A stretch of 64,000 nt of DNA from an uncultured Candidatus Rokubacteria bacterium. Lineage in GTDB: Bacteria > Methylomirabilota > Methylomirabilia > Rokubacteriales > DASRDR01. Below the pieces are notes generated by a model. That model searched no databases. It worked only from the letters and a program-made list of their open reading frames with translations, and was not told the origin of the DNA. A program made the translations under genes and the position numbers. Each line of letters starts with the position of its first letter. Position 1 is the first letter of the stretch. Shown piece after piece: positions 18,152-28,207 of this stretch. The DNA is taken from NCBI GenBank assembly GCA_963708025.1, contig CAVPSB010000049.1, positions 160,001 to 224,000 of the forward strand. The letters run 5' to 3'.

Positions 18152-20519
18152 CTACTCGGTGACCCCGTGGTCGCGGAGGAGCTTCCAGACCTTGGCCGGC
18201 GTGATGGGGATGTCGACGTGGCGCACGCCGAGGTGCCACAGGGCGTCCACCACCGCGTTAGCGATGGCCGCCGGCGCCCCTACCGTGGCCGACTCGCCCA
18301 CCCCCTTGGCGCCCAGCGGGTGGTGCGGGGACGGCGTGCAGGTCTTGTCGGTCTCCCACTTCGGCGTCTCGACGGCCGTCGGCACCAGGTAGTCCACGAA
18401 GCTGCCGCCCCGGATGTTCCCCTGCTCGTCGTAGGAGATCTCCTCGTAGAGCGCGGGGGCCAGCCCCATGGTCAGCCCGCCGTGGATCTGCCCTTCCACG
18501 ATCATTGGGTTGATGATGTTGCCGCAGTCGTCCACCGCCACGAAGCGCCGGATCTTGACCTCGCCAGTCCCCCGGTCGATGTCCACGATGCAGATGTAGC
18601 TCCCGAAGGGGTAGGTCAGGTTGGGCGGGTCGTAGTAGGAGACGGCCTCCAGCCCCGCTTCCATCCCCTGCGGATGGTTGGTGTAGGCGGCGAAGGCGAT
18701 CTCCTGGATGGTCTTCGAGCGGCCGGGGGCGCCCTTGACCGAGAATTTCCCCGGCTCCCAGACCAGGTCCTCCTCGGCCGCCTCCAGGAGGTGGGCGGCG
18801 ATCTTCCGGGCCTTGTCCCGGACCTTGCGCGCCGCCATCGCCGCGGCGGCGCCGCCGACGGGCGTGGAGCGGCTGGCGTAGGTGCCGAGGCCGTAGGGCG
18901 CGGTGTCGGTGTCGCCCTCCTCGACCTGGATGTCCTTGGCCGGGATGCCGAGCTCCTCGGCCAGGATCTGAGCGTACGTGGTCTCGTGCCCCTGGCCCTG
19001 GGACTTGGTGCCGAAGCGCGCGATCGCCTTGCCGGTGGGATGGACCCGGATCTCGCAGCTGTCGAACATCTTGAGGCCGAGGATGTCGAAGTGCTTCGAC
19101 GGCCCCGCCCCGACGATCTCGGTGAAGCTCGAGATGCCGATCCCCATCAGCTCGCCCCGCTGGCGCTTCTCCGCCTGCTCGCGACGGGCCCCGGCGTAGT
19201 CGATCCGCTCCATGGCCTTCCGGAGGGCGGCGCCGTAGTCGCCGCTGTCGTACTCCCAGCCGAGCGCCGACTTGTAGGGGAACTGCTCGGGCTTGATGAA
19301 GTTCTTGAGCCGGAGCTCGGCCGCGTCCATCCCGAGCTGGTGGGCCATGAGGTCCGTCATCCGCTCGATGGCGTGGACGGCCTCGGTCACCCGGAAGGAG
19401 CAGCGGTAGGCGATCCCCCCCGGCGGCTTGTTCGTGTAGACGCCGTCCACCTCCACGTGGGCCGCCTTGAGGTCATAGGAGCCGGTGCAGATGTGGAAGA
19501 GCCCCGCCGGGAATTTCGACGGGTTCGCCGCCGCGTCGGTGTAGCCGTGGTCGGCCAGCGTCTTGATGCGGAGCGCGGTCAGCCGGCCATCCTTGGTCGC
19601 GGCCAGCTCGGCCTTCATGTGGTAGTCGCGGGCGAAGGAGTCGGCCTGGAGGTTCTCCATCCGGTCCTCGATCCACTTGACCGGGGCGCCGGTCAGGACC
19701 GAGGCGGCGACGGCGATCACGTAGCCCGGGTACACGGGGACCTTGCCGCCGAAGCCGCCGCCGATGTCGGGGGAGATGATCCGGATCTTGTGCTCCTCGA
19801 GGCCGACGTGGCCGGCGACCAGGGCGAACACCGTGCGGATCGCGTGGGGCGCCTGCGTGGTCATCCACACCGTGAGCTTCCCGCTGACCTTGTCGAAGCT
19901 GGCGACGCAGCCGCACGTCTCGATGGAGGCGACGTGGATCCGCGGGAGGTAGATGTCCTGGGTCACCGTGACCGCCGCGTCCTTGAACGCCCGGTCGGTG
20001 GCGGCCCGGTCGCCCCACTCCCAGTGCCAGATGTGGTTGTCCTTCTTGTCCTTCTTGTCGGTGCGCAGCACCGGGGCGCCGGGCTCGAGGGCCTTGTGGG
20101 GATCGACCACGACCGGCAGCGGCTCGTACTCGACCTCCACCGCGTTCGACGCCGTCGGCCGCCGCGTAGCGACTGGTGGCCAGGACGGCCGCCACCTCCT
20201 GGGCCTGGTACATGACCTTCTCGACCGGCAGCACCATCTGGGTGTCCGACATCAGAGTCGGCATCCAGTGGAGGTTGTACTTGGCCAGGTCCTGGCCGGT
20301 GATGACGGCGAGGACCCCGGGCGTCGCGAGGGCGCGCGTGGAGTCGATCTTCTTGATCCGGGCGTGGGCGAAGGGGCTCCGGACGATGTCGAGGTAGAGC
20401 ATCCCCGGGAGCTGGACGTCGTTGACGTACGTCCCCTTCCCCCGGATGAAGCGCGGGTCCTCCTTGCGCTTCATCGAGTGCCCCATCCCGGACACTTCCG
20501 GCGACGTGCGGGGTGCCAT
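18152..20519 (-). CDS. coxL: Aerobic CO dehydrogenase large subunit, form I (one frameshift near 20145)
   Basis: AYRCSFR active-site loop, RKEDPRFIRGKG N-terminus, GGGFGGK, QGQGHET, GAKGVGE; the two frames join at ~20145. Confidence 0.95.
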
Positions 20520-20993
20520 CACGCGCCTCCCTGCCGCAGCGCCGCCGCGGCATGCTGGATCGCCTTGACGATGTTGACGTACCCGGTACAGCGGCAGAGG
20601 TTCCCCGAGATCGCCGTGCGGATCTCGTCCTCGCTCGGCTCCTTGTGCTTCCGGAGGAAGGCGTAGCTCGTCATGAGCATGCCCGGGGTGCAGTAGCCGC
20701 ACTGGAGGCCGTGCTCCTGCATGAAGCCGTCCTGGACCGGGTGGAGCTTCCCGTCCTGCTCGAGCCCCTCGACCGTCATCAGCTCGCGGCCGTGGGCCTG
20801 GACGGCGAACACCGTGCACGACTTCACCGGCCGGCCGTCGAGGAGGACGGTGCACGCCCCGCAGTGGGTCGTGTCGCAGCCGATGTGGGTCCCGGTCAGC
20901 CGGAGACACTTCGCGGATCAGGTGGACCAGCAGGAGCCGCGGCTCCACGTCGACCTCGTGCTTCGCCCCGTTGATCGTGAGCTGGACGCGCAT
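20519..20993 (-). CDS. coxS: CO dehydrogenase small 2Fe-2S subunit (frameshift near 20905)
   Basis: [44 protein letters not shown]. Confidence 0.93.
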
Positions 20994-21073
20994 GGCCTTG
21001 ATCTCCATCTGGTCGCGGCGGCTTCGGCCTACGGACCGTTCGACGGCCGTCGGCCTGAGGGCGACGCCGCTCC

Positions 21074-21954
21074 CTACGTTCGATTCCCGCCCGCCCGCTC
21101 GAGCGCGAGCCTGAGCGCCCGGGCGGTCAGCACCCGCACGAGGTCCCGCTTGTACTCGGCCGGCCCCCGCAGGTCGGCGGTGGGCTGCGCCTCCTCGGCG
21201 GCGAGCCGGGCGGCCTGCTGGACGACCGCGGCGTCGAGCGTCTTGCCGGCCAGGAAGGCCTCGGCCCGCCTGGCCTGGATGGGCGTCGGGCCGACGTTGG
21301 TCAGGCCGATGCCGGCCTTCTCGCAGGCGCCCCCCGGCACCGAGGCCAAGCTGGACCGCCACCCCGGCCGTCGCGAAGTCGCCGACCTTCCGCTCCAGTT
21401 CGAGGTAGGCGCCGCCGCTCCGCGCCGCCGGGACCGGCACCCGGATCTCGACCAGGATCTCCGCGGGAGCCAGCGCCGTCGCGAACGGACCGGTGAAGAA
21501 GCCGCCGATCGGGATCCGCCGCTCCCCACCCGGCGCCGACCGCCACCACCTCGGCCCCGAGGGCCAGCATGGTGGCGGGGTGATCGTTGGCGGGATCGCC
21601 GTGGGCGAGGTTGCCGCCCACCGTGGCCAGGTTCCGCACCAGGGGATCGGCGATGACCCGGCAGGTGTCGAGGAGGATCGGATACCGCGTTCGCACCAGA
21701 TCCGACTCCTCCAGGTCCGACTCCCGGGTCAGGGCCCCGATCTTCAAGACCCCGTCGGCCTCGGCGAGGGACGCCAGCCCCGGGATCCGGTTGATGTCCA
21801 CCAGGTGCGCCGGCGTCGCCAGCCGGAGCTTCATCATCGGGATGAGGCTCTGCCCTCCGGAGAGGACCTTCGCGTCGTCACCGAGCCGGGCGAGCAGGGC
21901 CGTCGCCTCGGCGATCGAGGTGGGGACGTGGTAGTCGAACGCGGCAGGAATCAT
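21074..21954 (-). CDS. coxM: CO dehydrogenase medium FAD subunit (frameshifts near 21535 and 21332)
   Basis: MIPAAFDYHVP, SGGQSLIPMMKLR, IADPLVRNLATVGGNLAHGDPAND, ERKVGDFA, DLRGPAEYKR across three frames. Confidence 0.93.
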
Positions 21955-22017
21955 GATCGCCCTCGCGAGGACATCGTGTTGAGGACCGGCCTGGACATCG
22001 GAGCGAGCTTGGCCGGG

Positions 22018-22046
22018 ATACTAGAGGCCATGCGTCCGCTTGTCAA
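22018..22046 (-). promoter_or_regulatory. Sigma70 promoter of the coxMSL operon
   Basis: TTGACA-N17-TAGTAT on the minus strand. Confidence 0.7.
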
Positions 22047-22057
22047 GCGATCTCGGA

Positions 22058-22086
22058 GGGTAAACCCTGAATGGGGTAAACCCTGA
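22058..22086. promoter_or_regulatory. Tandem GGGTAAACCCTGA operator-like repeat upstream of the cox -35
   Basis: Exact 13-bp direct repeat (22058, 22074), each with a near-palindromic core GGGT-AA-ACCC. Confidence 0.6.
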
Positions 22087-22338
22087 CGTCTGAGTGACCG
22101 CGGCGACCGCATCGCGCGGCGCGCGACCGGCGACCCGGAGCGGCGCCAGACCGGCATCCCGGGCTCCTCCAGGGTGGGTGGACGGAAGGCCTCGGTCCCA
22201 CACCGTCGGCCGGGGCGCGCGGCCGGTTGGAGGATAGCCACGCGCGACCATCTCGGTCGCGCGGCTCACTCCAAATCATCGCCGGGAGGCGCTGCCTCCG
22301 ACTGTCTTATTCGACACTTCCCCGCAAGGGGCTCCCGG

Positions 22339-22354
22339 TGGCACCGGACATGCT
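22339..22354 (+). promoter_or_regulatory. Sigma54-like -24/-12 site
   Basis: TGGCAC-N5-ATGCT upstream of the RBS-bearing ORF at 22491. Confidence 0.4.
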
Positions 22355-22490
22355 TCTCCTTGCCGGCACTGGACAGGCGCAGGTCTGCCCGACCTGCCGG
22401 CGTGAACGAGCCGCTCGGGTGACAACGCGCCTCGCCGACCGTTGGTCGGGGTGGATGGGGAAGGAGGTCGGGTAAGGAAGGGAGGAGACC

Positions 22491-22776
22491 ATGCTTGGAC
22501 TGGTGCTGGCACTCTCCGTCCTGGTTCGCCTGGATCTCCCCGAGGTCGTCATCTTCGTCGCACGCCGGTACCCGGGTGGAAAACCCGGAGGCCTTCGCCG
22601 CCAGCGCAGCGTGCCCTGCCCTGACCGGCCAGGCAGTCCCGCTGCCCGTCCCATTCGTCATCCAGTGGTTCAAGCGCCAGGGCGAGGGGAACGGGGAGGT
22701 TCCGGATACCTCCCGCCGCCTGACCGGGCTCTTGACCCAGTGCACGCTCCCCGTCGCGCAGGGGCCGCCGACCTGA
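22491..22776 (+). CDS. Small hypothetical protein, probably frameshifted near 22560
   Basis: GGAGGAG RBS, hydrophobic N-terminus; plausible continuation in a second frame ending at 22776. Confidence 0.35.
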
Positions 22777-23027
22777 CCGCGCCCCCAACGTCTCCGCGCG
22801 CCGGATCGAATCGCGAGGACACCCTCGCGCTCCGAGGGGATCATCGCGTCCGACGAGGCCCCGCCACCGCCACTCCGCGACCGCCTTGCCGCGCCTTCGC
22901 GGTCTGCGCTATCGTGTGAGCACACGCGAGATCGAGGACGTCCGGCGGCCACCACGACACGGGATTCGTGGGTCGGCACCGTGCCGGGACGGGCTCACCA
23001 TCGAACGACCGCAGGGAGGATCGCGTC

Positions 23028-24143
23028 ATGACACGGCGAGGCGGGAAGCTCGGAGGTCTCCTGGCGGCGCTCCTCCTCGGGCTGCTCGGCGGCTCGGCGG
23101 ACGTGGGCGCCCAGGCCCAGCCGGCGATGAAGCCGCAGCCGAAGGTCCGGGCGGCCTTCATCTACGTGTCGCCGGTGGGCGACGGCGGCTGGACCTTCGC
23201 CCACGACCAGGCCCGGAAGGCGACCGAGAAGGCGATGGGCGACGTCCTCTCCACGGCCTACTCGGAGGGCGTGCCCGAGGGCGCGCAGGCCGAGCAGGTG
23301 ATCGAGCGCTACGTCCGCCAGGGCTTCAACCTGATCTTCACGACGAGCTTCGGCTACATGGACCCCACCCTGGCGGTCGCCCAGCGTCACCCCGAGGCCG
23401 TCTTCATGCACTGCTCGGGCTTCAAGACCGCCCCGAACATGGGGACCTACTTCGGGCGCATGTACCAGGCCCGCTACCTGTCGGGGCTCGTCGCGGGGAA
23501 GATGACCCGGAGCAACATCATCGGGTACGTCGCGGCCCACCCCATCCCCGAGGTGATCCGGGGGATCGACGCCTTCACCCTCGGGGTGCGCGCGGCCAAC
23601 CCGGCGGCCCGGGTCCACGTCGTCTGGACGAACACGTGGTACGACCCGCCCAAGGAGCGAGAGGCGGCCGAGAGCCTGCTCGACATCAACGCCGACGTCA
23701 TCGCCCAGCACCAGGACACCCCGGGACCCCAGCAGGCGGCCGAGAAGCGGGGGCGGTACTCCGTCGGCTACAACTCGGACATGCGCGCCTTCGCGCCGAA
23801 GGCCCACCTGACCGCGCCGATCTGGCACTGGGAGAAGATCTACACGGAGATCGTCAAGCAGGTGAACCAGGGCACCTGGACGAGCGCCCAGCTCTGGCCC
23901 GGGCTGGACTCGGGCGTCGTGGACCTGGCGCCCTTCAACCCGGCGGTCCCGGCCGATGTGCGGAAGCTGGTCGAGGAGAAGAAGGCCGAGATCATCGCCA
24001 AGCGCTGGGACGTCTTCACCGGGCCGATCAAGGACCAGGAGGGCAGGGTCGTCGTCGAGACCGGCCGCCGCATGACCGACCCCGAGATGCTGTCGATGAG
24101 CTTCTTCGTGGAAGGCGTGGTGGGCAGCCTCCCCAAGAAGTGA
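23028..24143 (+). CDS. BMP family ABC substrate-binding protein (purine/nucleoside type)
   Basis: AAFIYVSPVGDGGWTFAHD, IFTTSFGYMD, PIPEVIRGI, WTNTWYDP, IAQHQD motifs. Confidence 0.93.
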   Translation: MTRRGGKLGGLLAALLLGLLGGSADVGAQAQPAMKPQPKVRAAFIYVSPVGDGGWTFAHDQARKATEKAMGDVLSTAYSEGVPEGAQAEQVIERYVRQGFNLIFTTSFGYMDPTLAVAQRHPEAVFMHCSGFKTAPNMGTYFGRMYQARYLSGLVAGKMTRSNIIGYVAAHPIPEVIRGIDAFTLGVRAANPAARVHVVWTNTWYDPPKEREAAESLLDINADVIAQHQDTPGPQQAAEKRGRYSVGYNSDMRAFAPKAHLTAPIWHWEKIYTEIVKQVNQGTWTSAQLWPGLDSGVVDLAPFNPAVPADVRKLVEEKKAEIIAKRWDVFTGPIKDQEGRVVVETGRRMTDPEMLSMSFFVEGVVGSLPKK

Positions 24144-25702
24144 CCGGGGCGGCCCCCGCCGTCGCTCTCAGCGGGATCCGCAAGTCCTTTCCCGGGGTCC
24201 GCGCCAACGACGGCGTGGACCTGGAGGTCCGGGACGGCGAGGTCCACGCGCTGCTCGGCGAGAACGGCGCCGGCAAGACGACGCTGACCAGCATCCTGGT
24301 GGGGTTGTACCAGCCGGATGCGGGGACCATCCGGGTGGACGGGCGGGTCGTCGAGCTTCGCTCGCCCCGAGACGCCTACCGCCACGGCATCGGCATGGTG
24401 CACCAGCACTTCCGCCTGGTGCCGTCCTTCACCGTCGCCGAGAACGTGCTCCTCGGCCTGGCCGCCGGGCGGCGCCCGGGGTGGCGCCTGCGGATCCGCG
24501 ACCATCGAGTCCACGTGGCGGAGGTCGCCCGGCAGTTCGATCTGCCCGTCGACGTTGACGCCCCGGTGTGGCAGCTCTCGGTCGGCCAGCAGCAGCGCGT
24601 CGAGATCGTGAAGATGCTCTACCGCGGCGTTCGGGTGCTGATCCTCGACGAGCCCACCGCCGCCCTGACCCCACAGGAGGCGCGCGCGCTCTTCGTGACG
24701 CTCCGGGCCATGGCGGCCCAGGGCCGGGCGGTCGTCTTCATCTCCCACAAGCTCGACGAGGTGATGTCGGTGGCCGACCGGATCTCGGTGATGCGCCGGG
24801 GACGGCGAGTGGCCACGCTCCGGCCCGCCGAGACGGATCCCCGCCGGCTCGCCGCGCTGATGATCGGCGGCGACCTCGAGGACGCCGAGTCCCCGCGCGC
24901 GGCGCCGCCGACCGCGCCGGCGGCGTCCGGGCCGCCCGCGCTGGCGTGCGAGGGGCTCTGGGTCGCGGGCGATCACGGCCGGCCCGCCGTTCGGGGGGTG
25001 ACCCTGGCGGTCCACGCCGGCGAGACGGTCGGGATCGCCGGGGTCGCCGGCAACGGCCAGCGCGAGCTGGCCGAGGCGCTGGCCGGCATGCGCGCGGTGA
25101 TCCGGGGTCGCATCACGCTCGACGGGCGCGACATCACCACGCTGCCGGTCCGGGCGCGGATCGAGCGCGGTCTGGGCTACCTGCCCGGCGATCGTCGCCG
25201 GGTCGGGATGGCGCCCGACCTCTCCGTCGCCCAGAACCTGGCGCTGAAATCGTTCCGGCAGCCGCGCTTCGGCTCTGCGCTGTGGCAGGACCGCGGCGCC
25301 GTTCGACGCGAGGCCACCCGACTCATGGCGGAGTTCCGGATCACCGGCGCCGGGCCCGACGCCCCGGTCGGCGTCCTCTCGGGCGGTAACCTGCAAAAGG
25401 TGCTGCTGGCGCGCGAGCTGACCCTGCCCGGGCACGCGCTGGTCGCCGAGTCCCCAACCCGGGGGCTGGACGTGGGCGCCACCCGCTTCGTGCACGACGC
25501 GCTCCGCGCGGCGGCCCGCGCCGGCCGGGCCATCCTGCTCGTCTCCGAGGACCTGGACGAGCTGCTCCTGCTCTCGGACCGGGTCGCGGTGATGTTCGGC
25601 GGCGAGCTGATGGGGGTGCTCGCCGCGGCGTCGGCCTCCCGCGAGCAGCTCGGCCTCCTGATGGCCGGCACCCGCGCCGAGCCAGCGTCCGAGCTCCCAT
25701 GA
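24140..25702 (+). CDS. Nucleoside ABC transporter ATP-binding protein (tandem domains)
   Basis: GENGAGKT, LSVGQQQRVE, GVAGNGQ, LSGGNLQK; GTGA overlap with the upstream gene. Confidence 0.93.
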   Translation: MTGAAPAVALSGIRKSFPGVRANDGVDLEVRDGEVHALLGENGAGKTTLTSILVGLYQPDAGTIRVDGRVVELRSPRDAYRHGIGMVHQHFRLVPSFTVAENVLLGLAAGRRPGWRLRIRDHRVHVAEVARQFDLPVDVDAPVWQLSVGQQQRVEIVKMLYRGVRVLILDEPTAALTPQEARALFVTLRAMAAQGRAVVFISHKLDEVMSVADRISVMRRGRRVATLRPAETDPRRLAALMIGGDLEDAESPRAAPPTAPAASGPPALACEGLWVAGDHGRPAVRGVTLAVHAGETVGIAGVAGNGQRELAEALAGMRAVIRGRITLDGRDITTLPVRARIERGLGYLPGDRRRVGMAPDLSVAQNLALKSFRQPRFGSALWQDRGAVRREATRLMAEFRITGAGPDAPVGVLSGGNLQKVLLARELTLPGHALVAESPTRGLDVGATRFVHDALRAAARAGRAILLVSEDLDELLLLSDRVAVMFGGELMGVLAAASASREQLGLLMAGTRAEPASELP

Positions 25703-25741
25703 GGCAATCGCCTGGCTCGGGCAGCGTGGATCTGTCGGGGG

Positions 25742-25792
25742 CCGGCTCCCCTCCCCCCGGCAGGTGGGGAGGGGTCGGGGGTGGGGGGGGTC
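25742..25792. repeat. REP-like palindrome inside the ABC operon
   Basis: GGCTCCCCTCCCCCC..GTGGGGAGGGGTCGGGGG; same family as 57845-57903, without the nested micro-hairpin. Confidence 0.6.
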
Positions 25793-25796
25793 TCGA

Positions 25797-26933
25797 ATGA
25801 TCCGGGTCCAGCCCCGGCTGGCGGCGTCGGCCCGGCACCTGGGGCTGGTGTGGCTCGCCTCGCTCGCCTGCGCCCTCGGGGTCGGCGCGCTCCTGCTCGC
25901 CGCGGCCGGCGTCCCGCCGCTTCCCGCCTACGCGGAGATGCTCGGGGAGGCCTTCGCAACCCGATACGGGTTCTCCGAGACCCTCGTCAAGGCGACGCCG
26001 CTCCTCCTCTGTGGGCTCGGGCTCGGGCTGGCGTTCCGGATGGGCTTCTGGAACATCGGCGCCGAGGGCCAGCTCTACCTGGGCGCCGCGGCCGCGACCG
26101 CGGTCGCCGCCTGGCCGCTGCCGGTGGAGACGGCGTGGCTGCGCCTGCCGTGCATGGCGGCCGCCGCCCTGCTCGCCGGCGCCGCCTGGGGGCTCGTGCC
26201 CGCGCTGCTCAAGCTCGGCCGCCAGGTCAACGAGATCGTCTCGAGCCTCCTCCTCAACTACGTCGCGATCGCCCTCGTCGGCTACCTCGTCTATGGCCCC
26301 TGGAAGGACCCGGCCTCCTCCAACTTCCCGATGACCGCGGTGATCTCGCCCTCGGCGCGCCTGCCGCGCTTCAGCGACCTCCGCGTCAACGCGGGCCTGG
26401 CGCTCGCGCTGGCGGCGCTCGCGCTGGTCTACATCCTCCAGGAGCGAAGCCGCCTGGGATTCGCGATCCGCGTCATCGGGAGCAACCCCACCGCCGCCCG
26501 GTACGCCGGCCTCGACGTGGCCCGCACGACGCTCGTCGCGGTGGCGCTGAGCGGCGGGCTGGCCGGCCTGGCCGGCCTGGTGGAGGTGGCGGGGCTCCAG
26601 CACCGGCTGATCCCCGCCCTCTCGCCGGGCTACGGCTACACGGCGATCATCGTCGCCTGGCTCGGGCGGCTCCACCCGGTGGGCATCGGGCTCGCCGCCG
26701 TTCTCCTCGGCGGGCTCTTCTCCGGGGGCGAGGTGCTCCAGATCATGCGGCAGCTCCCGGTCTCGGTCGTGTTCATGTTCCAGGGCCTGCTCCTGCTCGC
26801 CTTCCTCGCCGGCGACCTCTTCACCCGGTACCGGGTCACGTGGCGGCCGGCCGCCGCCCTCCCGGTCGGGGACCCTGCCGTCCCGGCGCCGAAGGAGATG
26901 GCGCCGGAAGCGCCGGTCCCGCCGGAGCGGTGA
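25797..26933 (+). CDS. Nucleoside ABC transporter permease
   Basis: WNIGAEGQ, VNEIVSSLLLNY, GYGYTAIIVAWLG. Confidence 0.93.
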   Translation: MIRVQPRLAASARHLGLVWLASLACALGVGALLLAAAGVPPLPAYAEMLGEAFATRYGFSETLVKATPLLLCGLGLGLAFRMGFWNIGAEGQLYLGAAAATAVAAWPLPVETAWLRLPCMAAAALLAGAAWGLVPALLKLGRQVNEIVSSLLLNYVAIALVGYLVYGPWKDPASSNFPMTAVISPSARLPRFSDLRVNAGLALALAALALVYILQERSRLGFAIRVIGSNPTAARYAGLDVARTTLVAVALSGGLAGLAGLVEVAGLQHRLIPALSPGYGYTAIIVAWLGRLHPVGIGLAAVLLGGLFSGGEVLQIMRQLPVSVVFMFQGLLLLAFLAGDLFTRYRVTWRPAAALPVGDPAVPAPKEMAPEAPVPPER

Positions 26934-26946
26934 GCCGGGAGCCCGA

Positions 26947-27879
26947 GTGGACATCCTCCTGGTGACCTCCATCGTCACCGCGGCGGTCCGCGCCGGCACG
27001 GCGCTCCTCCTACCGGCGCTCGGCGAGATCGTGACCGAGCGGGCCGGCGTGCTCAACCTGGGGCTGGAGGGGCTGATGCTGGTGGGCGCGCTCACCGGCT
27101 TCGCGGTCACGCTCGGCTCGGGCAGCGTGGTGGGCGGCCTCCTGGCCGCCGCGGCCGCCGGCGGGCTCCTGGCCCTCGTGCACGCCGTCTCGAGCGTCAC
27201 CCTCCGCGCCAACCAGGTCGTGTCCGGGCTGGCGCTCGTGTTCCTCGCGACGGGCGTGACCGACCTCTTCGGCCGGCGCTTCGTCGGCCAGACCGTCGAG
27301 GGGCTGGCGCCCCTGCCGGTGCCCCTCCTCGCCGACCTACCCGTGCTCGGCCCGGCGCTCTTCCGCCACGACGCCATCGTGTACGCCGGGTACCTGCTCG
27401 TGCCCGCGCTCTGGTACGTGCTCTACCACACCCGCGTCGGGCTCCATCTCCGCGCGGTGGGCGAGAGCCCGGAGACGGCGGACGCGATGGGGGTCTCGGT
27501 CGCCGCCACCCGGTACGGGGCGACGCTCGTCGGCGGGATGCTGGCCGGTCTCGGCGGGGCGTACCTGTCGGTCGGCTACACGCACCTCTGGGTCTCCCAG
27601 ATGAGCGCGGGCCGCGGCTGGATCGCGCTGGCGCTCGTGATCTTCGCCGGCTGGAACCCCGTGCGAGCGTTCTTCGGCGCGGTCCTCTTCGGCGGGGTGG
27701 ACGCCCTCCAGTTCCGCTTGCAGGCGGCCGGCTCCCCCGTGCCCGGCCATCTGCTGCTCATGCTTCCCTACCTGGCCACCCTGACCGTGCTGGCGCTCGC
27801 CTCGACTGCCCACGCGCGCCGGCGCCTCGGCGTGCCTTCGGCGCTGGGGCTCCCTTACGCCCGCGAAGAACGCCGATGA
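26947..27879 (+). CDS. Nucleoside ABC transporter permease
   Basis: ERAGVLNLGLEG, LRAVGE, AGRGWIALALVIF, MLPYLAT. Confidence 0.93.
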   Translation: MDILLVTSIVTAAVRAGTALLLPALGEIVTERAGVLNLGLEGLMLVGALTGFAVTLGSGSVVGGLLAAAAAGGLLALVHAVSSVTLRANQVVSGLALVFLATGVTDLFGRRFVGQTVEGLAPLPVPLLADLPVLGPALFRHDAIVYAGYLLVPALWYVLYHTRVGLHLRAVGESPETADAMGVSVAATRYGATLVGGMLAGLGGAYLSVGYTHLWVSQMSAGRGWIALALVIFAGWNPVRAFFGAVLFGGVDALQFRLQAAGSPVPGHLLLMLPYLATLTVLALASTAHARRRLGVPSALGLPYAREERR

Positions 27880-27914
27880 GCGGGCGGGGCCGATGAGCGT
27901 CGCAACGTCGATCT

Positions 27915-28115
27915 CGGTCGGGACGCGCTCGGCCTTCGGCGATCGGACGGCCTTCGGCCTGTGGGCGTCCGTCCCGACCTATGGTTGTCGTTCGGACGGC
28001 CTTCGGCCTATGGGGTCGTGGCCGATCCTCGGCGTACTCGGAGTACGCCTGCGGTCGGCGCCTCCCTGCGTCCATTGGACGGCCTTCGGCCTGTGGGCGC
28101 TGCTCGCTCCTCGAC
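27915..28115. repeat. Composite REP-like cluster with three GACGGCCTTCGGCCT micro-hairpins
   Basis: Copies at 27946, 27995 and 28078; GTCGGGACG/CGTCCCGAC arms and a CGGCGTAC/GTACGCC core. Confidence 0.75.
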
Positions 28116-28207
28116 CCCGCCCCCGCCCCCGCGAACTTGACTCATCGGCTACGACTTTGATACGCCACAGAACCGAGAACGACGCCAGTCACCTGAAGAG
28201 GTGAGGA

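Noticed and set aside
18152-20519. Xanthine dehydrogenase or form II CoxL, suggested by the neighbouring purine genes
   Set aside because: The AYRCSFR motif and M-S-L order indicate form I CODH.
20140-21540. Programmed frameshifting in cox genes
   Set aside because: No shared slippery motif, and similar indels occur throughout the window.
27915-28115. Possible mini-CRISPR from three short repeats
   Set aside because: Spacing is irregular (49 and 83 bp) and the same motif is dispersed across the window.
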